A stretch of 64,000 bases of DNA, taken from Felis catus. Taxonomy: Eukaryota. Shown here piece after piece: positions 45,719 to 58,660 of the stretch (position 1 is its first letter; the number at the start of each line of letters is the position of its first letter). The DNA lies in assembly GCF_018350175.1 (NCBI RefSeq), contig NC_058379.1, positions 68,324,001 through 68,388,000 of the forward strand, in the 5' to 3' direction. The notes under the pieces were generated by a model, which was not told the DNA's origin, made no database searches, and saw nothing but the letters and a program-made list of their open reading frames with translations. Both the position numbers and the translations under genes were made by a program.

Positions 45719-46365
45719 TGGTCTCACAGAAAGGGAGCATCTTTCCTTCTCACAGACCTTCTCCCTTCACGCATCTTCACTGAAGATTTCACAGTCTTTT
45801 GTGGTGGGATGAAGAAGGAAATGTTTATAAAACCCTGTTTGTTTCGTTGGAACTCAGTGATAGTGAGTGAGTGTTTTGTGTAAAGTCCCTTTTATAGTGT
45901 AGCTCTTCAACAAGTGGCTTCCCCTTGTCACGGGTATGGGGGGGCTTCTTCACTTAATAACCACTCCCAGAATTCACTGAGATGAGGGCGCGCAGGCCCT
46001 TGGCTCTCCTGGCTGGGGGCCTTCCCCCGCATGGCATCCATGCTTACCGGCCTTCTCAGAGCCTGCCATGACTAGGGGCGCTATGGAGATGAATCAGGAG
46101 ACACCCCACCCCTGTGCCCACCCTCAGGAGCCCAGCATGTGTGTGTCATAGCTGGAAAGCAGCGACCTCCGTGTCACCTTTTCTCACAGTGCCCTCTTCA
46201 GCTGGTGGAACACAACAGGCCATGCCCTGCAGGCGACATTGGCTACTTCTCTCTACCTTTCTGGGCTCTTGAGTTTAGAATGGGCCCTGGCCTGGGAAGG
46301 CAGACGTGAGGTCCGGCTCCCCGTTCTGTCTTCCTCATCCGTAAAGCAGGGAACTTGTTCTAGTC

Positions 46366-46557
46366 CTGGGGTTAGCAAGGCTGTGGCCCACAGACCCAAG
46401 CTGGCCCAACGCCTGCTTTTCCAAGTGACGTTTTACGGGAACACGGTCACACCTGTTGCTTTAAGTGTCTGTGACTGCTTCTGGCTAGTGGCAGCGGAGA
46501 CCCTGTGGCCTAAAATAGTTACTCTCTGGCACGTTACGGGAAGTTTGTGGACCCCTG
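46366..46557. mobile_element. MER58A-like hAT-Charlie MITE
   Basis: CTGGGGTTAGCAA...GTTTTACGGGAACAC...AAGTTTGTGGACCCCTG, with inverted termini. Confidence 0.85.
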
Positions 46558-46636
46558 GTCCAGAATAATGGTTTTCAAACTTCGTTCTAGGCACAAAGTT
46601 CTTTCTTCAAATAGCTTTGAAGTTTTTTTTTTTTTA

Positions 46637-47145
46637 GGCAATTCGTTTAATAGTTATCACATGCCAAGCACTGTACCAAGTGCTTTAACGTTATTGACTA
46701 GTTTAATCCTGATAAAAATCCAAGAAATGAGTATTATGTAAAAGAAAATTTTTTTTAATGTTTATTTATTTTTGAGAGAGACAGAGGGACAGAGCACGAG
46801 CATTGGGGGGGGGGGGGTGGGCAGAGAGAGAGGGAGACACAGAAATCCGAAGCAGGTTCCAGGCTCTGAGCTGTGAGCACAGAGCCCGACACGGGGCTCG
46901 AACCCACAAGCCCAGAGATCATGACCTGAGCCAGAGTCGGACGCTTAACCGACTGAGCCACCCAGGCGCCCCTGAGATGAGTATTATTATCAGCCCCCAT
47001 TGTTCAGAAGAGAAAATTGAGACAGAGTTCCCAGAGAGGTTAAGTAACTTGCCTAAGGTCACACAGCTAGGAAGTGGCAACAGCAAGACTCAAAGTCAGC
47101 AGTCTGGCTCCAGAGTCGATGTGCTTACCCACTGTTCCATGTTGC
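46637..47145 (-). mobile_element. Near full-length MIR split by a SINE
   Basis: CAGAGAGGTTAAGTAACTTGCCTAAGGTCACACAGCTAGGAAGTGGC at right; GCCAAGCACTGTACCAAGTGCTTTA at left. Confidence 0.88.
46738..46972 (-). mobile_element. Can-SINE (SINEC_Fc-like)
   Basis: TSD GA(A/G)ATGAGTATTAT at 46724-46737 and 46974-46987. Confidence 0.95.
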
Positions 47146-49761
47146 TGCTCACTGGCGGCCTCCTGTGGAAACTGGGTAGAGCAGGGGCAGCTGGTAGAAC
47201 TGATGTGGGGGTGATCAGCATCTTCCCCTTATTCCTTGGCTCCTCTCTCTTAAGCCTACAGGGCCCTCGGACCGTATCTGATGACCTCAGGAGGCCGACA
47301 GGTTAGCAGGATTAGTAGGGTCCCATGCTCGTAGAGGGGACTTTAGCTTCTTTCGTTTTCAGTAGGATGAATTGGCCCGGGTTGTTGGGAACTCAGGCCG
47401 GCCAGGACTTGGAGAGAACGTTATTCCCTGGGAACGAGGACTCCAGGCAAACACCGTTTCTAGACGATCGTAATTATGCCCAATAAAAATGAGTGCTCCG
47501 AGACCCAGGTCCCCATCTCAGAACAGTAACTGGAAGAAGGCATCTTTCAATTAATTGCAATGCCCCCAAACAAGTATTAAAACCAGTAAATCTATTTGGA
47601 GCCAGTTCCCAGGGCCAGAGTGATTTACCTCTGAATGGAGCCATAAAATTCAGCAAGGGTGCGCTTCCCACGCAGAATGTCACCTTCCCAGCTCCCTCCC
47701 GCCAGCAGCTGGTAACTCCTCCTGCTGGGGGTGTTAGGCAGCGTTTCTTGGGGAGAGGGGAGCCTGGGGCTGGGGGTGGGGTGGGGCAGGGGGGCCCTTG
47801 GGGGCCTTCCATGTATGCAGAGTAGCTGTCTGGGTTGAGCCCTCCTTTCGCACAAGTGGGGAGTCTTCAGGGATGAACTGTGACTCCTTAGAGCAGGGGA
47901 GGTGAGGGTGACTCACTTTTACTGCCAGTGGAAAGCTGACCTTGATCTTGGTGGTGGTTTGAAGGTGACTGGAGTCTTGAGGGAGTTTATTCTTTAGTGT
48001 TTTCCTGGTCTCAACAATGGCATCTATTCAGTTTGGTGACGTAAGAGGATTCCTGATTCTTAGTGGACCACCCCCCCCCAACCCACATCCCTGGCCCTGA
48101 CCACTACCCCCACCAACCCACGTCCCTGGCCCGTAGCTCCTCTGCCCTGTACAGAAGGGTCTGTCCTATTCTGAGGTTCCTGCTGCCACTGCCTTCTCTC
48201 CTAGATCTGTGTCCCTGCCTGCCTCACCCGAGGGTGTATGGGGTGGGCTGTTTCCAGGTGCTCCCCTCCTGCCCCGGAGTCCCTAACACTACCTTCTCCC
48301 TGAACCAGAAGCACACTGCTCCCCTTGACCCCCCCAAAATGATGAAAGAAGCTTCCTAACAACCAGGAACCCCAGTCCCTTCTCTGCTGGAGATTCTTGA
48401 TTTGGGGGAAAGGCGTTTAAAAAAATCTTCAAATTTTTTGGGGGGGGGCGCCTTTCAGGCCACTCTTTGCTCGCCCTCGGTTTATCCAAACTGGGATTTT
48501 TCCTTGTTCTCATGAGCCACCTCTTGAGAAATGCTCCCTCCCTGTGCTCCTGCTGTCTCAGGCATGACCAGTTTGGTCCTTGGGAGTCCCACAGGCCCAG
48601 AAGGTCCCAGAGCGAAAGGGGATTTGGCGGGAGGCGAATGCTTTGCCCGCTGCATGGAAGGCAAGCCGGGACCTCGCAGGCCTGCGGGGTGATACCGCCC
48701 GTGTGGGGATGACCACAGGTCAGTGCCACAGTCCTGGGGCAGCTGCATGTGCTACAGATGGCCCCCTCCGAGGCCTTGATGAGGGTCCCCAAAGCCTGGC
48801 TCTCCTCTAGCGTACTTCCTCAGCTTAGGTTTTTCATTTGTTTCGAGTCCTGTTTATGGCCGATGTCCCCACTGTTTTCCATAGATCCCAAGCTCGAGCT
48901 CCGCAGCTCTGCTGTGTCACCACGGAGTGTCTCTTTTTAGTGTGTCCTTCCCGGCTGTCGAGGGCTTTTCCGTCCCTTCCCCTACAGGAAACAGCTGAGA
49001 AATCACCAGGATTGTCACACCCTTAAATAATAACACCAGCTGCCACTCATCTGTGTCGTATTTTATGAATTTGCCAAGTGCTCTCCTGCCTCCTGTGTGG
49101 AGTGGGCAGGTATTATTATTGTCACTCTACATAGATGCTCGAAGAGATTAAGTCTCACGTAGGACTTTGCAGCTGACAGCAGAAACAGAGGCCACATCCT
49201 CTCACTTTCAATCTTGGGCTCCTTCTACCTCATCACGGAGCCAGCCACAGACACCAGGGACAGGTGGGTCTTGAGCTTTACTTCTGTAAAATGGGGTCAT
49301 CGTACTGCCTATTTCGTGTGCTGAGGACAGTGCCTGCTGACAGCGCTTATCAGCTCCTAGGAGGGGTAGTAGGATCCCCACTGTGTGCTTTGGGGGACAG
49401 GCAGATCGCGTGGCTCGGGCACAGCACCCAGAAATGCAGATACAACCCTTGCCCGGAGAACCGTCGTGCAAGGTGGGAACATTGGGCCGGCGTGTGTGGC
49501 TGTCCTGCACCTGTGTCTCTTGGTCCAGCCTCCTGAGGTCACTCCCTTTCCTCTGCCAGGGCAGGTCAGCCAGCAGCCCAAGGGCTGTCACGAGGCAGCT
49601 TATAGAGCTGAACTAACAATTCTTTGTGGGAACACGGTGCCCTTGAGCCAGGGATCTTGGTGAGCTCTGTGCGCCTTTTAACCTCAGCAGACCGAGGCTG
49701 TGGCCACCGGGCATTCTGGCCCCCAGCCTTGCCCGGTGCGCTACCCTCTCTGTGTCACTAA

Positions 49762-49798
49762 GCGCGCGCGCACACACACACCCACACACACACACACA
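49762..49798. repeat. (GC)n(AC)n microsatellite, Z-DNA-prone
   Basis: GCGCGCGCGCACACACACAC-CC-ACACAC... Confidence 0.9.
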
Positions 49799-49844
49799 GG
49801 TTCAACCCACCAACAGGCAAGTGTGTGGTGTGTAAAGGAAGGGG

Positions 49845-50260
49845 AGTTCACTCATTAATTGAGCCAGTATGCACTGCACTATCCCAAGCCCCATTCTAGC
49901 TGTGGGGGGGGTGAAGCTGTGAGCAGGACTGACCCCCTCCTGGAGCTCTCTGACCACAGATGAGGGCATGCTATGGAGGGGAATAATGCAAGGCCAAGGG
50001 CCAGGCGTCTGGGAGAGGAGTGGTGACCGGAGGGTGGTAAGGGCAGATCCCAGAGGAAGTGGGGAGTATCTGGGAGGGCCCGGGAGCATTGTCTGCCTGA
50101 GGAGCTCAAGGCCACTGGGGATGGAGGGCAATGAGCCAGGGGGAGAAGGTGGCCAACTGGCAGTGAGGTCCTAGGGGCCAGATCGTGGGTGGACTTGGAG
50201 GAACTTGGACTCAATAGTAATGTAGGAAGCCTCTGGAGGCTTTGGAGGATGTGATCTGAA
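49845..50260 (-). mobile_element. L2 fragment
   Basis: TTCACTCATTAATTGAG start; GGGGCCAGATCGTG...GGAAGCCTCTGGAGGCTTT. Confidence 0.6.
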
Positions 50261-51169
50261 ACCGGGGGGCTCGGATTATTACCTGGGGTGGGAGCTCTCC
50301 CTTTCAACCTGGCCCAAGGCTGTGATTTGAGAACCTCCTGCATTTCCTGCATTTCTGGCTTATCCCAGAGCCTCCTGCCTGGAACCCTTGAGGAAGCCTG
50401 TCCCCATTCTGGACACTGCAGTGGTCTCGCAGGGGCTGATGTAACCCTCCCCACAATGCTGAGCCCCAGCCACCGTGGCTGCGTGCTTTTGCAGAATTTC
50501 CTCTCCCGACTGTGAGCTCCGGGAACGCCAGTCCATCTTTGTATCCCACTCACTGAGCGGCACACAGTAGGCCTCCCCAAAGTTGGGAGGAGGAGAGGAG
50601 GTAAAACCCCAAACTAGGTCTTGTGACTGGGCACCCCCTCAGGGGAGGCACTTAGAAGAGAAAGAGTTATTTTTCCGGGCCTGGAAGGGTTTGTGTGTGG
50701 GGATTGCCCTCTCGAGGGTCAGGAGGGGAGAGGCTGGTTCAGCCGTGACGCAGCAGGGACATTAGGGATGGCCTTCCCAAACTGCGGGCCGTCACCCCAT
50801 TCCACTGCTCCATTTTGACGGTGATGGTTGGGATGTCAGCTGCCGCCTCGGGGCCAGCCTCTTCCTCTCGCACGCCCCTTTGAGAGGTGTTTCCCTTTGT
50901 GTCATCCAGAAGGAAATGACAGCTTTGGGAAAGCTGCAGAAATCCCCTCGAGGATCGCCGTGGCTGGTTGCAAAGACAGGGACTTTCGGGAAGGGATAAA
51001 GAACACTGGATCCCAAAGGACAGGGCTTCCTGGCACTCCTCTTTGGCGAGCAATACCTCACCGCCAGGAACCCACGTAGGTCAGGGCCTGGCTGAGAGAC
51101 TGCGGATTTGGATTTGGATTCAATCATGAAATTTTTTTAAAAGTCTAGGAAACAGATAGAATTAATAGT

Positions 51170-51316
51170 CTCATTTATTCAACAGACGTACTCAATAAGT
51201 AATATTGAGCAGCATCTATGTACCAGAGTTTTGTTTTGTTTTGTTTTTTCCTAGGAGCAAGAAATACAGCCAGTGAACAAAAGAGACAAAAATTCTTGCC
51301 TTCATTGTCTAGTCTT
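51170..51316 (-). mobile_element. L2 3' end
   Basis: CATTTATTCAACA...TATTGAGCA...ATACAGCCAGTGAACAAAAGAGACAAAAATTCTTGCC. Confidence 0.75.
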
Positions 51317-51411
51317 ATAACAGGGGGTCATCTTTAAAGAAAGACCCATGGAATCTTCCAATAGTAACACCTGGAGTTCATGTAGGCATTGGTTTGAGAA
51401 TCATTAGCTTT

Positions 51412-51641
51412 GGGGGCGCCTGAGTGGCTTAGTCGGTTAAGTGTCCAACTTCAGTTCAGGTCATGATCTCGCGGTTCGTGGGTTCGAGCCCCGCATCCCC
51501 GTTTCGGGCTCCGTGCTGACAACTCAGAGCCTGGAGCCTGCTTCAGATTCTGTGACTCCCTCTCTGTGCCTCTCCCCTGCTCGCACTCTGTCTCTCATTC
51601 TCTTTCTCTCAAAAATAAATAAACATTAAAAAAAAAAAAAA
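51412..51641 (+). mobile_element. Can-SINE (SINEC_Fc-like)
   Basis: TSD AGAATC(A/G)TTAGCTTT at 51397-51411 and 51642-51656. Confidence 0.95.
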
Positions 51642-52387
51642 AGAATCGTTAGCTTTGTGATACAGAGGCAGGGATGGTTGGGGCAGTCAGGGTGTCCAGG
51701 GAAACAGGAACAGTGCCATTTGGAGGCCAGTCGGACAGGGTGGACATCCAGTACTCCTGGGATAGGGCGGTGTTGGGGGTAAGAGTGTTTACAAAGTCGA
51801 ACTCGTAAATAGCTATTTCTGAACATGTTGATGTTGCGGAGGTAACTTCTCCACCACTGGTGTTCTGTCGGATTGGGATATTGAGTCTTTTCTTTTTGCC
51901 CTGGTACATCGGGCTGGTGGGAAGATGTGTTCCCTGCTCTAGGGACTAATGCGGTTAAGCAATTTGCAGACGAAGCACAGGCAGGTCTGTTCGGAGTCAC
52001 CTCATGTGGCCGGGCGTGAGAGCTCTGGAAAGAACTCAACGAGAGCAGTCAGGGAAGGCTTCCTGGAAGAGGTAGCGCCTATTCAGAAAGAAATGGGCAA
52101 GATGTTCTCGGAGGTGGTGACGTGAGCGTGGCTTGTGTTCTTTGGGCAGTCTGACTGGTCTGTGGCAGCGGAGTTGGTGATGGTGGGACTGGAGGTTTGA
52201 GGGAAGGGGATAGTGCAGACCAGCGGGGGCTTGGCTGGTCCACAGAAGGTTTTGCAGCAGCGAGTGACCAGATAATGGGGATGGTTTGAGTACTTAGGGT
52301 GTCAGTGAATGATGGGAGGGAGCAGAGGAATGTGAGTCCCGGGAGCCAGGGTCCTATCGAACAAGTCGCGGGGACACAGATAAATCC

Positions 52388-52508
52388 GTCACTCCTTCTG
52401 TGCCTCAGTTTACCTCATCTGTAAAATGAAAATAAGATTTTTTTACCCCTGGCTACTTCACAGATTCATTGTGAGTCTCAGCTTTAAGAATATATGTAAC
52501 AATGCTTA
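52388..52508 (+). mobile_element. MIR
   Basis: CTGTGCCTCAGTTTACCTCATCTGTAAAATG. Confidence 0.85.
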
Positions 52509-52889
52509 AACCAAAAAAAAAAAAAAGTGAAGTGTTAATTCAAGACAGAAATCCAGGCTATGGTGTCAGGATCCCCTTCTCACTTCGGCTTTCTGTACCT
52601 GGGAGAGACCGTGAGAAGCGACAGAGAAATCTCCCTTGCTGCGGGTAAGTGACATCGGACACGCAGCAGCGGGCCAAGGTGAGGGCGAAGCGAACTCGCC
52701 AGCACGCTGCCGACCTTTGCCATGTGATCCTCACTCAACCCCCTAAGGGAGGGAGACATAGAGGACCCTGAGCCCGGGCTGCGGTCGCCAGCTGGGGTCA
52801 CCCAGCTCAGCAGCGGCAGAGTGGGACGGATGAGACAGGGCGCGGACTGGCTCTCCTATGTCAGTCTGCAAGGGCTCTGCGGCCACAGA

Positions 52890-53249
52890 GAGCCACAGGC
52901 CAGGGGGCTTACACAGCCTATTCACGTGCTCATGATTTCTGGAGCCTGGAAGTCCAAGATGACGGGGTCAGCAGGGGCGATTTCTCCTGAGGCCTCTCTC
53001 CTTGGCTTATGGATGGGCACTTCTTGCTGTGTCCTCACAGGGCCTTCCCTCTGTGTGTGTCTATGTTCTGATCTCCCCTTCTTAGAAGGAGACCAGTCCC
53101 AATGGTTTAGGGCCCACCCTAGTGACCTCATTTGTACCTTAACTCCCTCTTGAGAGGCACCCTCTCCAAATGCAATCCTGTTCTAAGGTGGCGGGAGTTA
53201 GGGCTTCGACATATGAATGGGCGGGAGGGGGGCACAATTTGGCCTACAA
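52890..53249 (-). mobile_element. MLT1A/B MaLR LTR
   Basis: TTCTGGAGCCTGGAAGTCCAAGAT, CCTGAGGCCTCTCTCCTTGGCTT, TAGGGCCCACCCTAGTGACCTCATTT. Confidence 0.88.
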
Positions 53250-53575
53250 CGCTTGCGTTCGGAATTTCTAGAGTGTGCCCTTTTGAGCGGAAAGGCAACT
53301 CCTGGGGGCCCAGGGAGGGAGGGCCCGGCTCCTGGTGACTGCCATATACTCAGTGTGGGAGGGGGGCACCCTTGAGAGATGACAAGGAGAACAGACACCG
53401 ATGAGTGAGGGGTTTAGGTGCCCGGCAAACTTGAATTAGATTCACACAAGTAAACTGCATAAACAAAAAACTCCCTGAATTTCAAAAAGGTTCAATGAAC
53501 TTGCTTTATAAAAGATTTCATAACAGGTTTCCTTTACATACTGAACCTCACTAGTGTACCTCAAATGTGATTTCA

Positions 53576-53710
53576 GGGGCGCCTGGGTGGCTCTGTCGGT
53601 TAAGCATCTGACTCTTGATCTCAGCTCAGGTCTTGATCTCAGGGTCATGAATTCAAGCCCCACATTGGGTTCCACGCTGGACGCGAAGCCTACTTAAAAA
53701 AAAAAAAAAA
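53576..53710 (+). mobile_element. Short Can-SINE (SINEC_b-like)
   Basis: GGGGCGCCTGGGTGGCT head, GAAGCCTACTTAAAA tail, flanked by GTGATTT. Confidence 0.88.
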
Positions 53711-54765
53711 GTGATTTGATTTAACGCCATGTGATTAAGGTACTACGTTTTCAGAGCCTCGCCATTAAAAGCAGGAGGGACGGCCTATAATTAAGATTTT
53801 GCTGAACCTTCTTCTCCAAAGACCAGTTGAGCTCACAAGAGCTGACTACGAAAGCGGCCGAGGCACTCATGGGCCTCTGGGCCTGTCTGCTCTAGCTGAG
53901 TGTGTGCAGGGATCTGACTGGGCTTGGTGGGGGGGCACCCCCGACCACCTGGCCCCTGCCTGGGGCTGCGTCCTGCCTCCTGCTGTCCTAGGAGCCCGCC
54001 CCAGATCCGTGCCAGCAGCAACTCAACCTAGTCCTTCTAGACCTGTCGCTTGGGGGCAGGGATACTGACCCCCTATCACTTTAGAAGGCAGGGAGACAAA
54101 CCAGGGAATCTGGAGTGTTGTCCAAACCTCATGTTAGCAATTTCAACCTGTAAACATTGGACTCCCCTCACCAGAAGCTGTAAACGCGGCCAAGGTGACT
54201 GACTAACTCCCAGTCCTTCCTGTAAGCGGAGCACATTGCCCCGCACGGGGTGGAGAGGGGAGGAAGCAGAGATCAGAGCGAGGCCCCTTACCCCAGGGGG
54301 GGCCACTGTGGGGCTCAGAGGGGAGAGTGTGTGTGCCCAGGAAAGAAGGTGGGTGACCGATCCATTTGCAGGGAAGCACATCATGATTCTCAGAGCGTAA
54401 AAGCCAGCAATTTCTGGAAAAGGAGAACACTTTTGCAATCTGAGGCAGAGGAGACTGGGGTTTAACAAAGCCGTTTGCGGGCTGGGTGTTAGATTCTGAG
54501 TCTGTCAAGGACAGACTTCATCAATATTAAGAACCTACCACCTACCGGGCATTGTGCTACGTCCTGAGCAGGCAGTCCTCCGGCCAGAGAGCCTTCACAT
54601 GGGGTTGTAGAAGGTCCGGTACTTCGTCTCTGTCCTGAAGGGGTAGATGGACCGGGGGAGGAGACGGACACTGGCACACTGAGAAAGTAGGAGCCTGGGG
54701 CCTGCGGGTTTCTGGAGGGGTCCTGGTCCAGCTTGGGGAAGTCAGGGAAGGCTGTTTATGGAATG

Positions 54766-54917
54766 NNNNNNNNNNNNNNNNNNNNNNNNNNNNNNNNNNN
54801 NNNNNNNNNNNNNNNNNNNNNNNNNNNNNNNNNNNNNNNNNNNNNNNNNNNNNNNNNNNNNNNNNNNNNNNNNNNNNNNNNNNNNNNNNNNNNNNNNNNN
54901 NNNNNNNNNNNNNNNNN
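54766..54917. other. Assembly gap (152 N)
   Basis: Run of n covering a SINE tail. Confidence 1.
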
Positions 54918-55058
54918 AGAAAAAGACAGGGACACAGAATCCAAAGCAGGCTCCAGCCTCTGAGCTGTCAGCTCAGAGCCCGACGCAGGGCTCAAACCCA
55001 TGGACCGTGAGATCATGACCTGAGTCAAAGTCAACCCACTGAGCCGCCCAGGCACCCC
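54918..55058 (-). mobile_element. Can-SINE (tail lost in gap)
   Basis: GACACAGAATCCAAAGCAGGCTCCAG body; ends CAGGCACCCC. Confidence 0.92.
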
Positions 55059-55559
55059 AAGGACTGAGTATCTTGAGAGTTCAATCAAAGGGTGCAGGGG
55101 GAGGGGTCAGTCTGGCCAAGAGGTAGGGAGAGGAGTGCTTAAGGCAGACGGCACATGATGTGCAAAGGGCTGGTGGTGAGAACGTGCATGTGGCTGGGTG
55201 TGAGTCAGGTATTTCTTGGGACACAGACTTCGGGGGTGGGGGGGGGTGGCGGGAGGTGAGGAACAGGGCTGGAGAGATGAGCACGGGCCAGAGTGAAGGC
55301 CACACGGGTGGAGGTGAGTCAGCGGGACCTGTCCCAGGATCTTTGCAGATCCCCTGGGCCGGGGACCCCAGTTCTGGGCGGTCTGGAAGATTCATTCTTT
55401 GATTCTGCTGTGACGTTTAGATGGCCTCCTTGTCCTTTTCACCAGGATGCCTGGTTATTTTCTGAGCGGTGGCTGCCTCTACCCCTTCAGGCCAACGCAG
55501 AGCCTGGCAGCCTTCGTTGTTTAGGGTATATAAGCCAACTCAGGGGAACCGACCCATGT

Positions 55560-55915
55560 ATATGGGTTCATGCCAGAGACCAGAAATAACCAGGGCTGTT
55601 TAAGATGGAGATTGCTCGTCTCTTGCATAAAAAGTAGGCTGGAGGGAGGCTGACCTGAGCTGGTATGCTGATTCCGTGGGATCTTGTCCGCTTCCACTCT
55701 CCTTTGCAGGCGGCCACTTTACTCAAGGTCACCTCATGGTCCAACGGGGTGGCTGGAGGACCAGCCACGTGGGCAGGAAGGAGGAGGAACTGGGATCAGT
55801 TTTCATTGGTCCACCCGTACCTGCAAGAGAGTCTGGGAAATGTGGTTTTGCAGCACATTACCCAAGGTTCTGTCTGGAAGGAAGACCGGGTGAATGGATA
55901 CGGAGTAGGCCACCA
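55560..55915 (-). mobile_element. MLT1I/J-like MaLR LTR fragment
   Basis: TCTTGCATAAAAAGTAGGCTGGAGGGAGG and CTCAAGGTCACCTCATGGTCCAA. Confidence 0.6.
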
Positions 55916-57261
55916 GCAGCCTCTGCCGTGGCCTCTTGTAAGAGTGAGTCGAGGGGGACCAGCAGCACCCTGAGAGCCTGGTTCCATATACCACCTCTTT
56001 CTCCGAAGCACTCAGCACCGCACGGCCCATAAGAGATGCTGTTGAAGGAGAGATGAATTGAGGCAGTGACACAGGGGGATCCTCAATTCTGCACAGCCAC
56101 CAGCAAGCCCAGGTGACCAAGCATGTTGTGTTTGGATGCATCTCAGAATATAAGCAGGACTGCATGGGCCAGGGGTCTAGTCCCACTTCTTATCTTTCTT
56201 GTCTTCTTTGAGCCTCAGTTTCTCCCTCCTCAAAAAGGGAATAATCCTACCCATGCAGATTTGGGACAGGGGTGAAATGAGACTCTAGACTGTACAGAAC
56301 TATATTCTTGTGAGTTCGTGGTGGAGATAGGTAGCTTGGGTAGCTTCTCAGACTCTCTTCTTCCCCTAGATAAAGTCTGGAAGATTAGATTACTATTCTG
56401 AGCTCAATTGTTTATACTGGCTTCTCTCATAGTCTCTGCTACAGGCCACAGGAATCATAATATCCCCTTGTGTTTCCAGGCATCTTTCTGCCGAGGAACT
56501 CAAAGCCTTAATTATCTCTGAACCATCTAATATTCCAAGGTACAGAAGGAGCAAGAATTATTATTTCCATCTGGAAAATGGGCACGTAACTCATCCAAGT
56601 TCAGAGCTGCAACTAAAAACTGGTCTTTTGACTCCCAAGCCCAGAATTATTTCTCCCAAAAGAGTCTCTACAGACCTTTTGTTTTAAAGCAACAGATGCA
56701 ACTCTACAAAATAATTCTTAGAGGCCCAGTGCACAAAACAGGGAACAGAAGGCCACTGGCTGTCCTGTCCACAAGATACCTCCTTGGAAATTGCCCCCTA
56801 CTGCCTCTGGAGGGGGAAGTAGGAGCCCCAGCTGTCCTCTTAGTTGGAGAGACAAGGAACTTGGTCAGCATGTGACAGTGATAGATGTTACCACACCCTG
56901 GCTTGGCCCCAGCCTGGGGTGGAGACCCTCATAGTCCAGCCCCGTCTCCCAACCCAGCTGAGACTCCCAGTCTGTATCCCAAACGGGTTCTCAAGTGCTT
57001 TCATGCTTGAAAAATTATAAATTGTGTTATAACCGCGTAACTCCAGCACAAGTAATTACAATTTGTTGTCCCTTTTCCTTTTATTTTGGAATGCTTTCTA
57101 TTTTCTGCCACACTTTCCAACTTTTTAATGAATCTGCCCCTGTGTCCCCATCTGCCTTCTCTGTGGTCTACATTGTCTAATAGCAGTGTAATTTTTGATA
57201 TTTCTCTTGAAGAGGTAATACATTTACAGAGTCCACGAATAAAGTCAAAACAGAAAGATAC

Positions 57262-57655
57262 GCTCTAGAAGCAATCCGAATGTTTGTCGACCTATGAATG
57301 GGTAAATAAGACGTGGTATATCCATACAAGAGAATATTATTTGCCATAAAAGGTATGAAGTCCTGATACATGATACCGTGTGGATGAACTTGAGAAACAT
57401 CATGCTAAGCGAAAGAAGCCAGACAAGTTACGTGTTGTATGATTCCATTTGTATGAACTATCTAGAATAGGTAAATCCCTAGAGACAGAATGAAGGTAGG
57501 CGGTTAGCAAGGGCAAGAGATGGGGGGGAAGAGGAAATCAGTGCCTCAGCGGGTAAGGGGTTTTGATGTGATAAAAATGCTTTGGAATAAGTAGAGGTGG
57601 TTACACAACATTGTGAAGGTACGATGTGAATTTTACCTCAATAATTAAAAAAAGA
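57262..57655 (+). mobile_element. L1MB 3' end
   Basis: GTGGTATATCCATAC, ATGAACTTGAGAAACATCATGCTAAGCGAAAGAAGCCAGACA, GAATTTTACCTCAATAA. Confidence 0.9.
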
Positions 57656-57749
57656 TATGCTCTGAAGTACGGAAGTATCGTTCGCGCTCTGTCCCCCTCC
57701 ACCACACCCCCCTTCCTTCTTGTCCTACTCTCTCCTAGAAATAACAATT

Positions 57750-58260
57750 TTTTAAAAAACTCACTACTGAAGATTTCAAACAGTTGTAAAAGTAGACAGA
57801 CTATTCTAATGAGCCCCTGGAGACCCATCACCCAGCTTTCCCAGTTATCCTCTCGTGGCCAGGCTTGATTCTTTTCTGCTGTTTGCTTGTCTACGCGTGG
57901 ACTTTTTGACATGAATCCCAGACGCCATATTATTTCGCTTATAAATAAAGCAGAAAAATAAAATATAAGAACGCTTCTTAAAAAACATAATCACAGTAGG
58001 TGGCGCCTTTAACAATTTGTTTCTTCTTTCCTATTTCTTCCTGTACTGCAAGGAATAAATTCTTATTTTGCCCTCTCTTACCTCAAAGAGGACATACTGA
58101 AAATGTGATCCTGTATTTTGGTCTTTCATCTATCAGAATATTCTGTAGATCTCGCCTACACCAGCACATAGTGGCCCTCTTTGCGTTTTTCCCAAGTGTG
58201 TGATATTCTCTCATTTGGCTGCATTATAGTGTATTTGCCCATCCGCTATTTCTGGATGTG
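57750..58260 (-). mobile_element. L1MC/ME fragments
   Basis: ACCCATCACCCAGCTT and ATGAATCCCAGACGCCATATTATTTC. Confidence 0.65.
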
Positions 58261-58439
58261 TGAGTGGTCTCCTGATAGTCTGAGCGGGACGCTGCAGACT
58301 GAGGGGTCAAAGGCAAATCATACTTGGCTCCTGGCCTCAAGGAGCCTGGCCTAGGCAGATTCTCCAGAGAAGCAGAACCAGTAAAGAAAGGGTCCTTCTG
58401 GGGCCCTCTGTTCTTTTTGTGACATCTCTTTGTGGTATT

Positions 58440-58660
58440 TCTAGATGGTATCTTTGTGTGGTATCTCTGTGCGGTTAGTTTGACTTCCTTCTAACATGGT
58501 GGTCTGAGCGCAGCTGGCCTCTTTCAAGATGGCTGGCTCCTCTCGGAACACAAAAAAGCTGCCAGACCTCCTTCAGGCTCAAGTCTGGAACAGATAGAAT
58601 GTCACGTTTGCTGCATTTCTGAACATCCGGTCGCACACTGGGAAGCGTGGATGATGTTCC
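58440..58660 (-). mobile_element. MLT1 (G/H-like) LTR fragment
   Basis: GACTTCCTTCTAACATGGTGGTCTGAG and AAGCTGCCAGACCTCCTT...GAATGTCAC. Confidence 0.5.

Noticed and set aside
49879-50580. 233 aa minus-strand ORF
   Set aside because: Largely overlaps a decayed L2 fragment; no domain-like composition or codon signal apparent.
6314-54917. Seven N-runs as possible hidden elements
   Set aside because: Content is unknowable. Most lie inside repeats or beside microsatellites or GC-rich tracts, as expected for short-read scaffold gaps. ORFs crossing them are artefacts.
55527-55534. Perfect TATATAAG
   Set aside because: Isolated 8-mer at the edge of an antisense MLT1 relic, with no CpG or supporting promoter context.
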